Below, one piece after another: positions 27,320-38,687 of a DNA stretch of 64,000 nucleotides; the stretch's first letter is position 1; each line of letters begins with the position of its first letter. A program made the position numbers and the translations under genes. Under the pieces are notes generated by a model. The model searched no databases, was not told the origin of the DNA, and saw nothing but the letters and a program-made list of their open reading frames with translations. Source of the DNA: Bacteroidota bacterium (GTDB lineage Bacteria > Bacteroidota > Bacteroidia > Sphingobacteriales > Sphingobacteriaceae); the NCBI GenBank assembly GCA_013288485.1, contig JABDBW010000001.1, positions 8,923-72,922 of the forward strand, given 5' to 3'.

Positions 27320-28411
27320 ATGAAAACCAGGTATATTATATACACATTACTGGCGTTGCTTGTCGCCTTTTTAATTTATAACAAGTTTTTTAGCGACCAT
27401 GCTAAAAAAACCGCGGCGGCTATGGCAGCGGGAGGTAAAAGCGGTGGAAAAAAAGGAGGCAGAAACGCACCCATTCCCGTTAGAGTGCAAATTATTAAAG
27501 ACACTACTTTAAACAATACCATTGATGTAACCGGAACCATTGACGCGAATGAAAAGGTAACCCTGATCAGTGAAATAGCCGGCAGCATAACCGGTATATT
27601 TTTTAACGAAGGCGGTAAAGTGAAAAAGGGCCAGCTGCTGGTTAAGGTATACGACAAGGACCTGATCTCCTCAATAAAACAAACCGAATACCAGATACAA
27701 CTGGCAAAAACAAATGAATATCGAAATAAAATATTGTTGCAAAAAGAAGCTATCAGTCAGCAGGAATATGATACTTCGCTTACGAATTTAAATACGTTGA
27801 CCGCACAGTATGAGGGACTGAAAGCGCAATCTGCGAGAAGGCAGATACTGGCGCCATTTTCGGGTACCATTGGTTTACGAAATGTAAGCCCGGGCAGTTA
27901 CTTGTCGCCCAGCACCACTATAGCTACATTGGTAAATATTGATCCGGCAAAGGTTACATTTTCGGTTCCTGAAAGATATTTATCTTTAATTGGTATTGGC
28001 AGTAAGATCAGTTTTACTATTTCAAGTTCAAGAGAGAATTTTAAAGCGACGGTTTATGCTATTGAACCTGATATAGACCTCAGCTCACGTACCATTACCG
28101 TACGTGCGAGGGCGCCCAACCCTAAGGGAAAACTTAAGGCAGGTAGTTTTGCCGCTATAAATTTAGCGCTCGACCAGATACCCAAAACCATTATGGTGCC
28201 AACTGAATGTGTTATACCCGATTTAAAAAACAGTAAGGTTTATATTGCCCACAATGGCGTTGCCATAGCAAAACCAGTAAGCACAGATCTGCGTACTGAT
28301 ACTAAGATCCAAATCATCAGCGGCCTGAAAGCGGGCGATAGCCTGATCGTGTCCGGTATTATGCAATTGCGGCCCAAGGCCCCTTTAAAAATAACTAAAG
28401 TAATTAAATAA
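27320..28411 (+). CDS. RND efflux periplasmic adaptor (MFP)
   Basis: EGGKVKKGQLL, APFSGTIG, GLKAGD. Confidence 0.94.
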   Translation: MKTRYIIYTLLALLVAFLIYNKFFSDHAKKTAAAMAAGGKSGGKKGGRNAPIPVRVQIIKDTTLNNTIDVTGTIDANEKVTLISEIAGSITGIFFNEGGKVKKGQLLVKVYDKDLISSIKQTEYQIQLAKTNEYRNKILLQKEAISQQEYDTSLTNLNTLTAQYEGLKAQSARRQILAPFSGTIGLRNVSPGSYLSPSTTIATLVNIDPAKVTFSVPERYLSLIGIGSKISFTISSSRENFKATVYAIEPDIDLSSRTITVRARAPNPKGKLKAGSFAAINLALDQIPKTIMVPTECVIPDLKNSKVYIAHNGVAIAKPVSTDLRTDTKIQIISGLKAGDSLIVSGIMQLRPKAPLKITKVIK

Positions 28412-28416
28412 CTGCC

Positions 28417-31400
28417 ATGAGTTTATCCTCAGTTAGTATAAAAAGGCCGGTGCTGGCAACAGTTATGTCAATTGTAATTGTGGTATTTGGTGTTATCGGG
28501 TACAATTTTTTAGGTATCCGTGATTTTCCATCTGTCGATCCACCCATTATTAGTGTTGTTACAAGTTATTCGGGAGCAAACGCTGATGTAATAGAATCAC
28601 AAATTACCGAACCGCTTGAAAAAGCGATCAATGGTGTACCCGGCATACGCAATATATCGTCCACAAGCTCGGTTGGCAGCAGCCAGATCACCGTTGAATT
28701 TAACCTTGATGCCGACCTGGAAACCGCGGCTAACGACGTACGTGATAAAGTTGGCCAGGCCCAGCGCCAGTTGCCCCAGGACATTAACGCGCCACCGGTG
28801 GTTACCAAACAGGATGCCAACGCCGATAATATAATTACCTTATCAGTAACCAGTGATAAGCGCAACATAACCCAGGTCGATGACTATGCCGAAAATGTAT
28901 TGCAGGAAGGTTTGCAAACTATACCCGGCGTAAGTTCTATTAATATACAGGGCCAGCGGCAATACGCTATGCGTTTATGGATAGATCCTGCTAAACTGGC
29001 ATCATTGGGGTTAGCCGCGAGCGATATTACCGATGCTTTAAATAAAGAAAATGTAGAGTTGCCGGCCGGTAAAATTGAAGGGAATAACACCGAGTTGATC
29101 ATCAGGGCAATAGGAAAGCTCAGTACCGAAAAAGATTTTAACAATTTAATAATACGTGCCGACAGTGACAGGGTGATCCATTTAAGCGATGTTGGCTATG
29201 CCGTGATCGGGTCTGCTAATGAAGAGACCGCCTTCAAAGAATCGGGGATACTCCAGGTATCATTGGGTATTATACCGCAGCCGGGGGCCAATTATGTTGA
29301 GATAGCAAAAGAATTTTACAAGCGGGTTGAACAAATAAAAAAGGATTTGCCGCCCGATATTCATGTAAAGGTGCTACAGGATAGCACCATCTTCATCAAC
29401 CAGTCTATCAAAGAAGTGGAAGAAACATTGGCCATATCCTTTATTTTGGTTGTTATTATTATTTACTTGTTTTTCAGGGATTGGCTGATCGCGTTCCGCC
29501 CGTTAATTGATATACCGGTATCGCTCATAGGTGCTTTCTTTTTGATGTATATTTTCGGGTATTCTATCAATATTTTAACGTTGCTGGGTATTGTACTGGC
29601 TACGGGTTTAGTGGTCGACGATGGTATAGTGGTTACCGAAAATATATATAAAAAGGTGGAGTCGGGAATGGCCGTGCGTCAAGCCGCTTTTGCTGGCTCT
29701 GCCGAAATACTTTTTGCAGTAGTATCTACATCTATTACCCTCGCTGCTGTGTTTTTACCTATTTTTTTTCTATCCGGTTTTACCGGCCGTTTGTTTCGTG
29801 AATTTGCAGTCGTCGTCGCGGGCTCGGTTTTAATATCGGCTTTTGTATCGCTTTCATTAACGCCAATGCTTAATGTTAAGCTGATCCGTAAAGGCTCAAA
29901 AAAATCAAGGTTCTATGAAAAAACCGAGCCGTTTTTTGTGAAGATGACCGATGCCTATACAGAAACATTGGTAAAATTTATGAAACATAGATGGATAGCT
30001 ATAGTTATCCTTTTGGTATCGGTGGGCATAATTGTGGCACTTAACAAAGTTATACCCTCTGAATTGGCACCGCTGGATGACCGAAGCGCGCTGCGTTATA
30101 CCGTAACCGGTTCAGAAGGCGCATCATACGAGTTCATGACCAGGTATATGGATAATATTTCTAACGTGGTTGCCGATTCTATACCCGAAGCAAACGTAAA
30201 TATCGAGATCATTGCTTTTGGCATGGGTGGAACAGGCGCAGTTAATAACGGAGGGGGCCGTATCGGTTTGATCCCTCCTGATCAGAGAAAACGTTCGCAA
30301 CAGGAAATAGCCGATTGGCTGAATAAAAAATTAACCCGCTTTCCGGATGCCAGGGCATTAGTGGTGCAGGAACAAACCATAAGCGGGGGTGGCAACGGTG
30401 CCAAAAACTCATTACCTGTGCAGTTTGTTATTCAAAACCAGGATTTTGAGAAAATACGTAAAGTACTGCCCCAATTTTTTGCCGAAGTTTCAAAGAGCCC
30501 GGTTTTCCAGGGTACAGATGTTAATTTAAAATTCACCAAACCCGAGCTAAGGGTGGTTACCAACCGCGATAGGGCGCGCGACCTGGGTGTTTCGGTGAAT
30601 GATATTGCCCAGACCCTGCAACTATATTATAGTAACGGGCGCCTGAGTTATTTTTTGATTAACGGAAAACAGTACCAGGTAATAGCGCAGGCCGACAGGG
30701 CCAACCGGGATCAGCCCCTTGATCTTAAAACTATTTATGTGCGTAATGATAAAGGCAAGTTAGTACAACTGGATAATGTTGTAAAAGTGGATGAGGATGC
30801 TACGCCACCCGCCATATATCACTTTAACCGCTTTAAGTCGGCAACTTTACAGGCCGGGTTAGCGCCGGGCCACACTTTAGGTGATGGTATTGCCGAAATG
30901 AACCGCATAGCCAAATCCTTGCTTGACGATACCTTTAGCACTGCACTAAGCGGCCCCTCGCGCGATTATGCCGAAAGCTCATCAAATACCATGTTTGCTT
31001 TTGTATTTGCCCTTTTATTGATATACCTGGTATTAGCAGCACAGTTTGAAAGCTTTAAAGACCCGGTAATTGTAATGCTTACCGTTCCGCTGGCTGTTGC
31101 GGGCGCGTATTTATCGCTTTGGCTGTTCGATCAAATACTGAATATTTTTAGCCAGATAGGTATAATTACCCTGGTGGGACTGGTAACCAAGAACGGGATA
31201 CTTATTGTTGAGTTTGCTAACCAGCGTATGGAACATGGCTTGGCTAAATATGAGGCGGTTGTTGAAGCGGCTACTGCCCGGCTGCGCCCTATATTAATGA
31301 CGAGTTTAGCGGTCGTGCTGGGTTCTGTTCCAATAGCGTTCGCTTTGGGCGCGGGGTCAAAAAGCCGTATATCATTAGGTATTGTAATTATAGGGGGCAT

Positions 31401-31548
31401 GTTGTTTTCATTGATGTTAACCTTATATGTTATACCCATGATGTATGTACTCATTGCTTCAAAAGATCGTCATGACCCTGATGAGGAATTGCCTGAAGCG
31501 GATAGCAAAAAAAAGAAAACAAAACTCATTGAAGAACAAGTAAAATAG
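28417..31548 (+). CDS. RND efflux permease (AcrB/MdtC family)
   Basis: IKRPV, GLVVDDGIVVTEN, VTKNGILIVEFA, RLRPILMTS. Confidence 0.96.
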   Translation: MSLSSVSIKRPVLATVMSIVIVVFGVIGYNFLGIRDFPSVDPPIISVVTSYSGANADVIESQITEPLEKAINGVPGIRNISSTSSVGSSQITVEFNLDADLETAANDVRDKVGQAQRQLPQDINAPPVVTKQDANADNIITLSVTSDKRNITQVDDYAENVLQEGLQTIPGVSSINIQGQRQYAMRLWIDPAKLASLGLAASDITDALNKENVELPAGKIEGNNTELIIRAIGKLSTEKDFNNLIIRADSDRVIHLSDVGYAVIGSANEETAFKESGILQVSLGIIPQPGANYVEIAKEFYKRVEQIKKDLPPDIHVKVLQDSTIFINQSIKEVEETLAISFILVVIIIYLFFRDWLIAFRPLIDIPVSLIGAFFLMYIFGYSINILTLLGIVLATGLVVDDGIVVTENIYKKVESGMAVRQAAFAGSAEILFAVVSTSITLAAVFLPIFFLSGFTGRLFREFAVVVAGSVLISAFVSLSLTPMLNVKLIRKGSKKSRFYEKTEPFFVKMTDAYTETLVKFMKHRWIAIVILLVSVGIIVALNKVIPSELAPLDDRSALRYTVTGSEGASYEFMTRYMDNISNVVADSIPEANVNIEIIAFGMGGTGAVNNGGGRIGLIPPDQRKRSQQEIADWLNKKLTRFPDARALVVQEQTISGGGNGAKNSLPVQFVIQNQDFEKIRKVLPQFFAEVSKSPVFQGTDVNLKFTKPELRVVTNRDRARDLGVSVNDIAQTLQLYYSNGRLSYFLINGKQYQVIAQADRANRDQPLDLKTIYVRNDKGKLVQLDNVVKVDEDATPPAIYHFNRFKSATLQAGLAPGHTLGDGIAEMNRIAKSLLDDTFSTALSGPSRDYAESSSNTMFAFVFALLLIYLVLAAQFESFKDPVIVMLTVPLAVAGAYLSLWLFDQILNIFSQIGIITLVGLVTKNGILIVEFANQRMEHGLAKYEAVVEAATARLRPILMTSLAVVLGSVPIAFALGAGSKSRISLGIVIIGGMLFSLMLTLYVIPMMYVLIASKDRHDPDEELPEADSKKKKTKLIEEQVK

Positions 31549-31553
31549 AATTA

Positions 31554-32873
31554 ATGGAACTTAAGAAATTAGTATGCTTTGTTTTTTGCTATTTAGCGTT
31601 TGCCGTTGCTGTAAAAGCGCAGAATGCGCCCCTGCTTACGTTAAAGGATGCGGTTGAAATAGCACTAAAGAATAATTATAATATTAAACTTGCCAAAAAC
31701 GATAGTACCATAACGAAAAATAATGTTACTCCGGGCAATGCCGGTTTTTTGCCGGTTGTTAGTGGTGATTTAACATCAAGCAATAGTATATTAAACACTA
31801 CAACCTCGCGTACCAGCGGTGTTGTTACTTCTTTTAATAATTCGCATAATACCAGTCTTACTTATGGCGTTGGCCTTAACTGGACCATTTTTAACGGGTT
31901 TGCCATGTTTGCTAACTATGACCAATTAAAAGAGTTAAACAAACTAAGCGGCGTTACTTCGCGCGATACCGTGTTACAAACTCTCACCAGTGTAATAGGC
32001 ACCTATTATAACCTTATTAATCAAAACGAAATATTGCGTTCGCTAAAGGGCGCTATGGTAATTTCAAAAACACAGCTGCATTATGCCAACGATAAATTTG
32101 GGGTAGGTAGAGCATCAAGACTGGATGTATTAAATGCCCAGGTAAACGTGAACACCGATACCGCGAATTACTTAACCCAATTACAGCAATTTAAATCAAC
32201 TAAAATTCAATTGAACCAGTTGCTGGTTCGTGACCTGCAAACTGATTTTTCGGTAGCAGATACAATTATAGTTGATGATAAATTAATTTTAGCAGATATT
32301 CTTAATGGCGCAGACACCCAAAACCCCAAGATATTATCAGCACAGATAAGCAAGCAACTGGCCGAAATTAACTTAAGGCAAGTTAAAGCAACAAGGTATC
32401 CGCAGGTTGGGGTTAATAGCGCTTATAACTTTAGTAGCAGCGCCTCGCCAAGCGGGGCTTTGCTAAGCCAGGATGCTCACGGGTTATACTATGGCTTAAC
32501 AGCCACTATAAATATTTTTAATGGCTTTAATCAATCGCGCCGCGAAACAAATGCAAAAATACAGATAGACAATTCTGAAATTATGGCCAAACAGGTACGA
32601 TTAGGAATTGAGGCGCAAATTAATTCATTGTTTGTAAGCTATTTATCGGGCCTCGACCTCACAAAGATAGGCGAGGAAAATATAGCCGTGGCCAAACATA
32701 ATTTGGATATTTCATTAGAAAAATATAAATTAGGCAATATTACACCCCTGGAAATACGGCAAGCCCAGGAAAATTATCTTGACGCGCAGGTTAAGTTTTT
32801 TGCTGCTCAATACCAGGCAAAGGCTGCCGAAATAACTTTAAAGCAAATAACTAACAACATAAATATCCAATAA
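31554..32873 (+). CDS. TolC family outer-membrane protein
   Basis: LTLKDAVEIALKNN, duplicated OEP architecture, context after RND genes. Confidence 0.93.
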   Translation: MELKKLVCFVFCYLAFAVAVKAQNAPLLTLKDAVEIALKNNYNIKLAKNDSTITKNNVTPGNAGFLPVVSGDLTSSNSILNTTTSRTSGVVTSFNNSHNTSLTYGVGLNWTIFNGFAMFANYDQLKELNKLSGVTSRDTVLQTLTSVIGTYYNLINQNEILRSLKGAMVISKTQLHYANDKFGVGRASRLDVLNAQVNVNTDTANYLTQLQQFKSTKIQLNQLLVRDLQTDFSVADTIIVDDKLILADILNGADTQNPKILSAQISKQLAEINLRQVKATRYPQVGVNSAYNFSSSASPSGALLSQDAHGLYYGLTATINIFNGFNQSRRETNAKIQIDNSEIMAKQVRLGIEAQINSLFVSYLSGLDLTKIGEENIAVAKHNLDISLEKYKLGNITPLEIRQAQENYLDAQVKFFAAQYQAKAAEITLKQITNNINIQ

Positions 32874-32901
32874 TGAAATAAAAAGTTATTTTTGGGGTAT
32901 A

Positions 32902-33282
32902 ATGACTGGATCTTATAACACTTGCCTGCTTATTGATGACAATTATATTGATAATTTTGTCACACGCAAACTATTGGAGAGCAGTAACTTCGCCAAAAAT
33001 ATAGTAGTTATGCCATCCTCTTCTGAAGCTATAAATTCGCTGCGTGACGGCCTCGTAAAACCTGACGTTATTTTCCTGGACCTGCGTATGCCCATAATGA
33101 ATGGCTTTGAGTTTTTGCAGGCATTTGAAAAACTTAATATTGATAAGGATGCGATCAAAATATTTATGCTTTCATCATCACTTGACCCGACAGATATAAA
33201 GCAATCTTTTGATAATAAACACGTTACCCAGTTTATTCATAAACCACTAACCAAAAAAATACTCGAAGAACTGGCCCCATGA
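32902..33282 (+). CDS. Single-domain response regulator
   Basis: LIDD, DLRMPIMNGFEFL, LSSS, HKPL. Confidence 0.92.
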   Translation: MTGSYNTCLLIDDNYIDNFVTRKLLESSNFAKNIVVMPSSSEAINSLRDGLVKPDVIFLDLRMPIMNGFEFLQAFEKLNIDKDAIKIFMLSSSLDPTDIKQSFDNKHVTQFIHKPLTKKILEELAP

Positions 33283-34136
33283 TCTTAGTTGCTGATAGCG
33301 GATCATCAAAAACAGATTGGCTGCTTAAGCAACCCGGGCAGGCAGCCCGGGAATTCAGGACATCCGGGTTGAACCCTTATTTTTTAACGGAAAAAGAGAT
33401 CGTAAAAATATTGCAGGATCAGTCGCCCGACATGATCGCGTATAATGCGGAGGTTAAAGAAATATATTTTTTTGGCGCCGGCTGCTCAAGCCCCGACAGG
33501 CATGAGATCGTTTCAAACGCTCTGAGCCAGTTATTTACCAAAGCCTATATTAGCGTTGACAGCGATCTTTTAGGATCGGCCTATGCTACCTGCGGGCACG
33601 AAAAAGGTTTATGCTGTGTTTTGGGCACAGGATCGAATATATCCTATTTTGATGGTACTGATATTCATTCGGGGCACCATGGTTTGGGTTTTATTTTGGG
33701 AGATGAGGGTTCTGGTACCTGGTTTGGCAAAACCATGATAACCGATTTTTTATATGGCCTGATGCCCGATGATGTAAGCACCCTGTTTAACAATACTTAC
33801 CAGCTGACTAAGGAAGAAGTTGTTCATAATGTTTACCAAAAGCCCGGAGCAAACTCTTACCTGGCTTCTTTCGCGCGGTTTTTAAATGTTATCCGTAAAA
33901 ATAAATATGGCCATGATTTGATAAACAAAGGATTGCAGGAATTTATTGAAACCAATATTAAATCATACCCGGAGTATCCTAAATATAAATGCCATTTTGT
34001 AGGCTCCATAGCGTTTGTTTTTGCCGATGAGTTAAAAGCCCTTTGTAAACCTCAGGATATACAAGTAGGCAAGATAATTAAACAACCCATACATGACTTG
34101 CTGGAGTTTATTTTGAGCAGGGAAGGGAAGAATTGA
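33279..34136 (+). CDS. N-acetylglucosamine kinase-like (BadF/BcrAD ATPase family)
   Basis: ADSGSSKTDW, GLNPY, LGTGSN, LGDEGSG. Confidence 0.88.
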   Translation: MILVADSGSSKTDWLLKQPGQAAREFRTSGLNPYFLTEKEIVKILQDQSPDMIAYNAEVKEIYFFGAGCSSPDRHEIVSNALSQLFTKAYISVDSDLLGSAYATCGHEKGLCCVLGTGSNISYFDGTDIHSGHHGLGFILGDEGSGTWFGKTMITDFLYGLMPDDVSTLFNNTYQLTKEEVVHNVYQKPGANSYLASFARFLNVIRKNKYGHDLINKGLQEFIETNIKSYPEYPKYKCHFVGSIAFVFADELKALCKPQDIQVGKIIKQPIHDLLEFILSREGKN

Positions 34137-34233
34137 TACTTGCAGATAAACAAAAAAACCCGGTTTGTGCCGGGTTATATATCTTCAAAAAATAAGGATC
34201 AACGTAATCCAATAATCGCGCTCAAACAACTGT

Positions 34234-35475
34234 TCAGACACCTAACAACAACCTGGCCGGATCTTCCAGCAGTTGTTTAACCCTCACTAAAAAGCTCACC
34301 GATTCACGGCCGTCAACAATACGGTGATCGTAAGATAGCGCTACATACATCATTGGGCGGATAACAACCTGCCCGTTCACGGCAACAGGGCGCTCAATAA
34401 TATTGTGCATACCCAAAATAGCCGACTGGGGCGAATTAATGATAGGTGTTGACAACATGGAACCAAAAACACCCCCATTAGTGATGGTGAAAGTTCCGCC
34501 GGTCATTTCTTCTATGGATAATTTGTTATCGCGGGCCTTAACTGCCAGGGCGGCTACAGCCTTTTCAATATCGGCCAGGCTCATGCCATCCGCATTGCGT
34601 ATAACCGGTACTACTAATCCTTTGGGAGCCGATACGGCGATAGATATATCGGTAAAGTTACTGTATACCACTTCTTCTCCTTCAATACGGGCGCCTACCG
34701 AAGGCCAATCTTTTAATGCCTCGCAAACCGCTTTGGTAAAGAAGGACATAAAGCCCAAGCCAACACCATATTTTTCTTTAAATTTATCTTTGTATTTACC
34801 GCGCAGTTCCATTATTGGCGCCATATCCACCTCGTTAAAAGTGGTGAGCATGGCGGTTTCGTTTTTTACGGCAACCAAACGCCGGGCAACCGTTTTACGC
34901 AGTGGCGACATCTTTTCACGACGCTCGGTTCTTTCCCCCGTTTTTACCGGGGCGGCAGGCACAGGGGCAGGTGCCGGAGCGGCGGCCATTGCTTTTTCAG
35001 TCTGTGGGCTTTCAGAAACTTTATCCATTGATAAAGCGTCTTCCTTGGTTATGCGTCCGTTAACCCCGCTGCCGCTTAGGGCTTTGGGTTCAACGCCTTT
35101 TTCAGCTAATATTTTGGCGGCGGCAGGCGATGGTGTGCCCGACGCATAATTGGCTGCTTTTTCGGCAACAGCTGGAGCAGGAGCGGCTACTTCTTTTGGT
35201 ATTGCAGCATCGGCCTTAGGTGCAGGAACAGATGCGGCGCCGCCATCTTCAATACTGCAAACAACTGCGCCAATGGGTAACACGTCGCCTTCTTTGGCTA
35301 TTCTTTTTAATATGCCTGCTTTTTCGGCAGTAAGCTCAAAAGTTGCTTTATCTGATTCCAGTTCGGCTAAAGCTTCGTCCATCTCAACAGCATCCCCGTC
35401 TTTTTTTAGCCAGCTTGCCAGCGTTACTTCGGTAATTGATTCGCCTACCGGCGGAACTTTGATTTCTAAACTCAT
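34234..35475 (-). CDS. sucB: 2-oxoglutarate dehydrogenase E2
   Basis: Lipoyl [28 protein letters not shown]. Confidence 0.97.
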   Translation of the reverse strand: MSLEIKVPPVGESITEVTLASWLKKDGDAVEMDEALAELESDKATFELTAEKAGILKRIAKEGDVLPIGAVVCSIEDGGAASVPAPKADAAIPKEVAAPAPAVAEKAANYASGTPSPAAAKILAEKGVEPKALSGSGVNGRITKEDALSMDKVSESPQTEKAMAAAPAPAPVPAAPVKTGERTERREKMSPLRKTVARRLVAVKNETAMLTTFNEVDMAPIMELRGKYKDKFKEKYGVGLGFMSFFTKAVCEALKDWPSVGARIEGEEVVYSNFTDISIAVSAPKGLVVPVIRNADGMSLADIEKAVAALAVKARDNKLSIEEMTGGTFTITNGGVFGSMLSTPIINSPQSAILGMHNIIERPVAVNGQVVIRPMMYVALSYDHRIVDGRESVSFLVRVKQLLEDPARLLLGV

Positions 35476-35489
35476 ATTTAGTAATTTTT

Positions 35490-35568
35490 GTTGTACGTAT
35501 TACGTTGTACGTTATACGTAGGTGGTTCATGAAATAAAACGTACAACGTAATACGTTTAACGTACAAC
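35490..35568. repeat. Inverted heptamer tandem repeat (TACGTTG … AACGTAC)
   Basis: gttgtacgtattacgttgtacgttatacgt … acgtacaacgtaatacgtttaacgtacaac inside the sucA-sucB junction. Confidence 0.75.
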
Positions 35569-35572
35569 ATTA

Positions 35573-38374
35573 TCAATCAGCTCCGGCAACAGCCATTTTT
35601 TCAGCTGTTTTTGTAACTGCTTCTTTTGTTTTTTTGCCTGCCGGCGCTTCAAATGCTTTTGATATAATATATAATTGCTGGGCCGCATGTTGCCTTGCAA
35701 AGCCGGTAGCGGTGCTGCTGCTTTCCGGGCGCGAGATCACATCAAATTTCAAAGCCTCCTCTGTACGCGATTTGCGGTACAGGTATGGCCATGCGCCCAT
35801 ATTTTCGGGCTCTTCCTGTACCCAGATAAACTCGGTAGCCTTACTATATTTGGCCCTTACCTTTGCCAGTTGCTGCACTGGGGTTGGGTATAATTGTTCT
35901 AAGCGTACTATCGCTACATCTTTGCGCTCTTCGGCCTGCTGCGCTTCAAACAGGTCATAATATATTTTGCCCGAACAGAATAATACGCGTTTAACCTTTT
36001 TAGCATCCGCATACTGGTCGTCTATCACTTCTTTGAAAACGCTATCTGTGAAATCAGCCAGGGGCGATACACATTTAGGGTTACGCAACAAACTTTTTGG
36101 CGTAAATATGATCAACGGTTTACGGAAGTCGCGGTATAGCTGTCGGCGCAGCACATGGAAAAAGTTAGCCGGGGTTGTGCAGTTAGCAACCTGAATATTG
36201 TTATCGGCACAAAGCTCCATAAAACGCTCTATGCGAGCCGATGAGTGTTCAGGGCCCTGGCCTTCGTAGCCATGAGGCAGCAATAATACCAGCCCGTTAC
36301 CACGCTGCCATTTAGTTTCGGCGCTTGCAATATACTGGTCAACAATAATTTGCGCGCCGTTAAAGAAATCGCCAAACTGTGCTTCCCATATCGTGAGGGC
36401 ATTAGGATTTGCCAAAGCATAACCATATTCAAAGCCCAAAACACCATATTCTGATAATAGCGAATTGTATATGCTAAATTTTTCGCTTGTGTCTAAGTTA
36501 TTCAGCGGTATATATTCGTCTTCCGAATCAGCCAGCGTTAATACCGCGTGGCGGTGCGAAAAAGTTCCTCTCTTCACATCCTCGCCGCTTAGGCGAACCG
36601 GGTGCCCCTCTTTTAACAGAGTACCATAAGCCATTAATTCGGCCATAGCCCAGTCAAAAACATGGGTGTCGTTCACCATTTTGCTGCGTTCTTCAAACAG
36701 TTTTTCTATTTTTTTGAAGAAGTCCTTATCTTTTGGTAGATCGGTTATTTTTTTGCCAATGCCTAATAATTCTTTTTTAGGCACAGCCGTATTTACCGGT
36801 GTATTAAAATCACTTTCGCTGGCCAGGTGCAGGCCTTCCCAGGCGCCGGCAAACATGGGTATTGAATCGGTAAAATGGTCTTCTGCTTTTGATTCATTCA
36901 ATTCTTCCTGTAACAATGCGCGGAAGTCTTGTTCCATTTTTTTAACCTCGTCATTATCAACAACGCCTTCGGCCAGTAGCTTGTTCAGGTAAACTTCGCG
37001 CGGGTTTGGATGCGCCTCAATAGCCTTATATAATACGGGCTGAGTAAACTTAGGTTCGTCAGCCTCATTATGCCCGTACCTGCGGTAACACAATATATCT
37101 ATAAAAATATCATCATGAAATATCTGGCGGTACTCCATAGCCATATTGATCACATAAGCCAGAGCCTCTACATCATCGCCATTAACATGAAAAACCGGCG
37201 ATAAAACCGTTTTTCCCACATCGGTACAATAAGTGCTTGAACGGGCATCGATAAAATTGGTAGTAAAACCTATCTGGTTATTAATTACCAGGTGAATAGT
37301 GCCGCCTGTGCGGTAGCCATCCAGTTTTTCCATTTGTAAAACTTCATACACAATACCCTGGCCCGCTACACTGGCGTCGCCATGTATCAGTATGGGCGCT
37401 ATTTTGGTATGATCGCCGTCGTATTTAAAATCAATTTTTGAACGCGTCATGCCTTCAACAACCGGGTCAACGGCTTCTAAATGCGAAGGGTTGGGGCAAA
37501 GGCTTAAATGTACTTTTTTACCATTCTCGGCTTCCACATCGGTTGAGAAACCGAGGTGATATTTTACGTCGCCGCTTGCTGATGAATCCTCATCATAGTT
37601 TTTGCCTTCAAATTCAAAAAATATCTCTTTGTAGGTTTTTTTCATAATATTGGCCAGCACGTTTAAACGCCCGCGGTGTGCCATACCAATAACAAATTCT
37701 TCGATACCTAATACCGCGCCTTTTTGAATAACCGAATCCAGGGCAGGTATAAGCGCCTCGGCCCCTTCTAACGAAAACCGTTTCTGGCCCAGGAATTTTG
37801 TACCTAAAAAATTTTCGAAAATTACGGCCTGGCTCAGTTTGTTTAGTATCAGTTTCTTTTCATCAACCGAAAACGAGGGCTTGTTGCGCCGGCTTTCCAT
37901 ACGGTCCTGGAACCATTTAACCTTTATAGGATTGCGAATGTAGTGATATTCTGTGCCTATCGTATTGCAATAGGTTTCTTCGAGCATTTGTATAATATCA
38001 CGCAATTTAGCGGGACCCATGCCTACCTCCACACCGGCATTGAATACCGTATCCAGGTCGGCATTACTTAACCCGAATGTTTCCAGTTCTTTACCGGGAA
38101 AATATTTGCGGCGTTCGCGTACCGGGTTTGTTTGAGCAAACAAATGCCCCCTGCCGCGGTAACCACCGATCATGTTGAGTACGTTGATCTCTTTTAAAAA
38201 ATGATCGGGTGTTTCAGCGCTAACAACCGGAGCCTGTGCGCCCCGGCCAAAATCAAACCCTTCGAAAAATTTTTGCCATCCAAATTCAACCGATTCCGGG
38301 TCTTGTTTATATGCGCTGTATAATGAGTCAATAAAAGCCGCGTTGCCGTTATTTATATAATTGAGGCTATCCAT
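35573..38374 (-). CDS. sucA: 2-oxoglutarate dehydrogenase E1
   Basis: GMAHRGRLN, GDVKYH, NPSHLE, HGDA, WEAQFGDF, GQGPEHSS. Confidence 0.97.
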   Translation of the reverse strand: MDSLNYINNGNAAFIDSLYSAYKQDPESVEFGWQKFFEGFDFGRGAQAPVVSAETPDHFLKEINVLNMIGGYRGRGHLFAQTNPVRERRKYFPGKELETFGLSNADLDTVFNAGVEVGMGPAKLRDIIQMLEETYCNTIGTEYHYIRNPIKVKWFQDRMESRRNKPSFSVDEKKLILNKLSQAVIFENFLGTKFLGQKRFSLEGAEALIPALDSVIQKGAVLGIEEFVIGMAHRGRLNVLANIMKKTYKEIFFEFEGKNYDEDSSASGDVKYHLGFSTDVEAENGKKVHLSLCPNPSHLEAVDPVVEGMTRSKIDFKYDGDHTKIAPILIHGDASVAGQGIVYEVLQMEKLDGYRTGGTIHLVINNQIGFTTNFIDARSSTYCTDVGKTVLSPVFHVNGDDVEALAYVINMAMEYRQIFHDDIFIDILCYRRYGHNEADEPKFTQPVLYKAIEAHPNPREVYLNKLLAEGVVDNDEVKKMEQDFRALLQEELNESKAEDHFTDSIPMFAGAWEGLHLASESDFNTPVNTAVPKKELLGIGKKITDLPKDKDFFKKIEKLFEERSKMVNDTHVFDWAMAELMAYGTLLKEGHPVRLSGEDVKRGTFSHRHAVLTLADSEDEYIPLNNLDTSEKFSIYNSLLSEYGVLGFEYGYALANPNALTIWEAQFGDFFNGAQIIVDQYIASAETKWQRGNGLVLLLPHGYEGQGPEHSSARIERFMELCADNNIQVANCTTPANFFHVLRRQLYRDFRKPLIIFTPKSLLRNPKCVSPLADFTDSVFKEVIDDQYADAKKVKRVLFCSGKIYYDLFEAQQAEERKDVAIVRLEQLYPTPVQQLAKVRAKYSKATEFIWVQEEPENMGAWPYLYRKSRTEEALKFDVISRPESSSTATGFARQHAAQQLYIISKAFEAPAGKKTKEAVTKTAEKMAVAGAD

Positions 38375-38496
38375 TCTGAACCAATCTTAAACAGTACAAA
38401 AGTACGCATAACGTATTATAAACGTTAAATTTAATTGTAAACGATTAATGACACTTATCCACAAAAAGTGCTTTTAGATAGATTTTTAAGGGGAAA

Positions 38497-38598
38497 TTAA
38501 TGCAGAATTTTCTTTAGAAAAGCACCCAGATAGGATGAGCCTTCAAAAAGCACGGCCAGCAAGCCAACTATAACGGTAAATTCTTCAAAAGAGTTCAT
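38497..38598 (-). CDS. Possible 33-aa hydrophobic small protein (not in ORF track)
   Basis: MNSFEEFTVIVGLLAVLFEGSSYLGAFLKKILH* in an otherwise empty 300-nt gap. Confidence 0.35.
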   Translation of the reverse strand: MNSFEEFTVIVGLLAVLFEGSSYLGAFLKKILH

Positions 38599-38687
38599 TA
38601 TCAAATATACAATATAACAACGCGTTGCGTATCATTTTATTTTAATATTTGTTAGAGTGCAGGTTAGGATAATTTGTTACACTGCAA

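Noticed and set aside
34403-35521. Long plus-strand ORFs (248 aa, 123 aa) opposite sucB, and similar shadow ORFs across the window
   Set aside because: Antisense frames of conserved genes arising from codon bias
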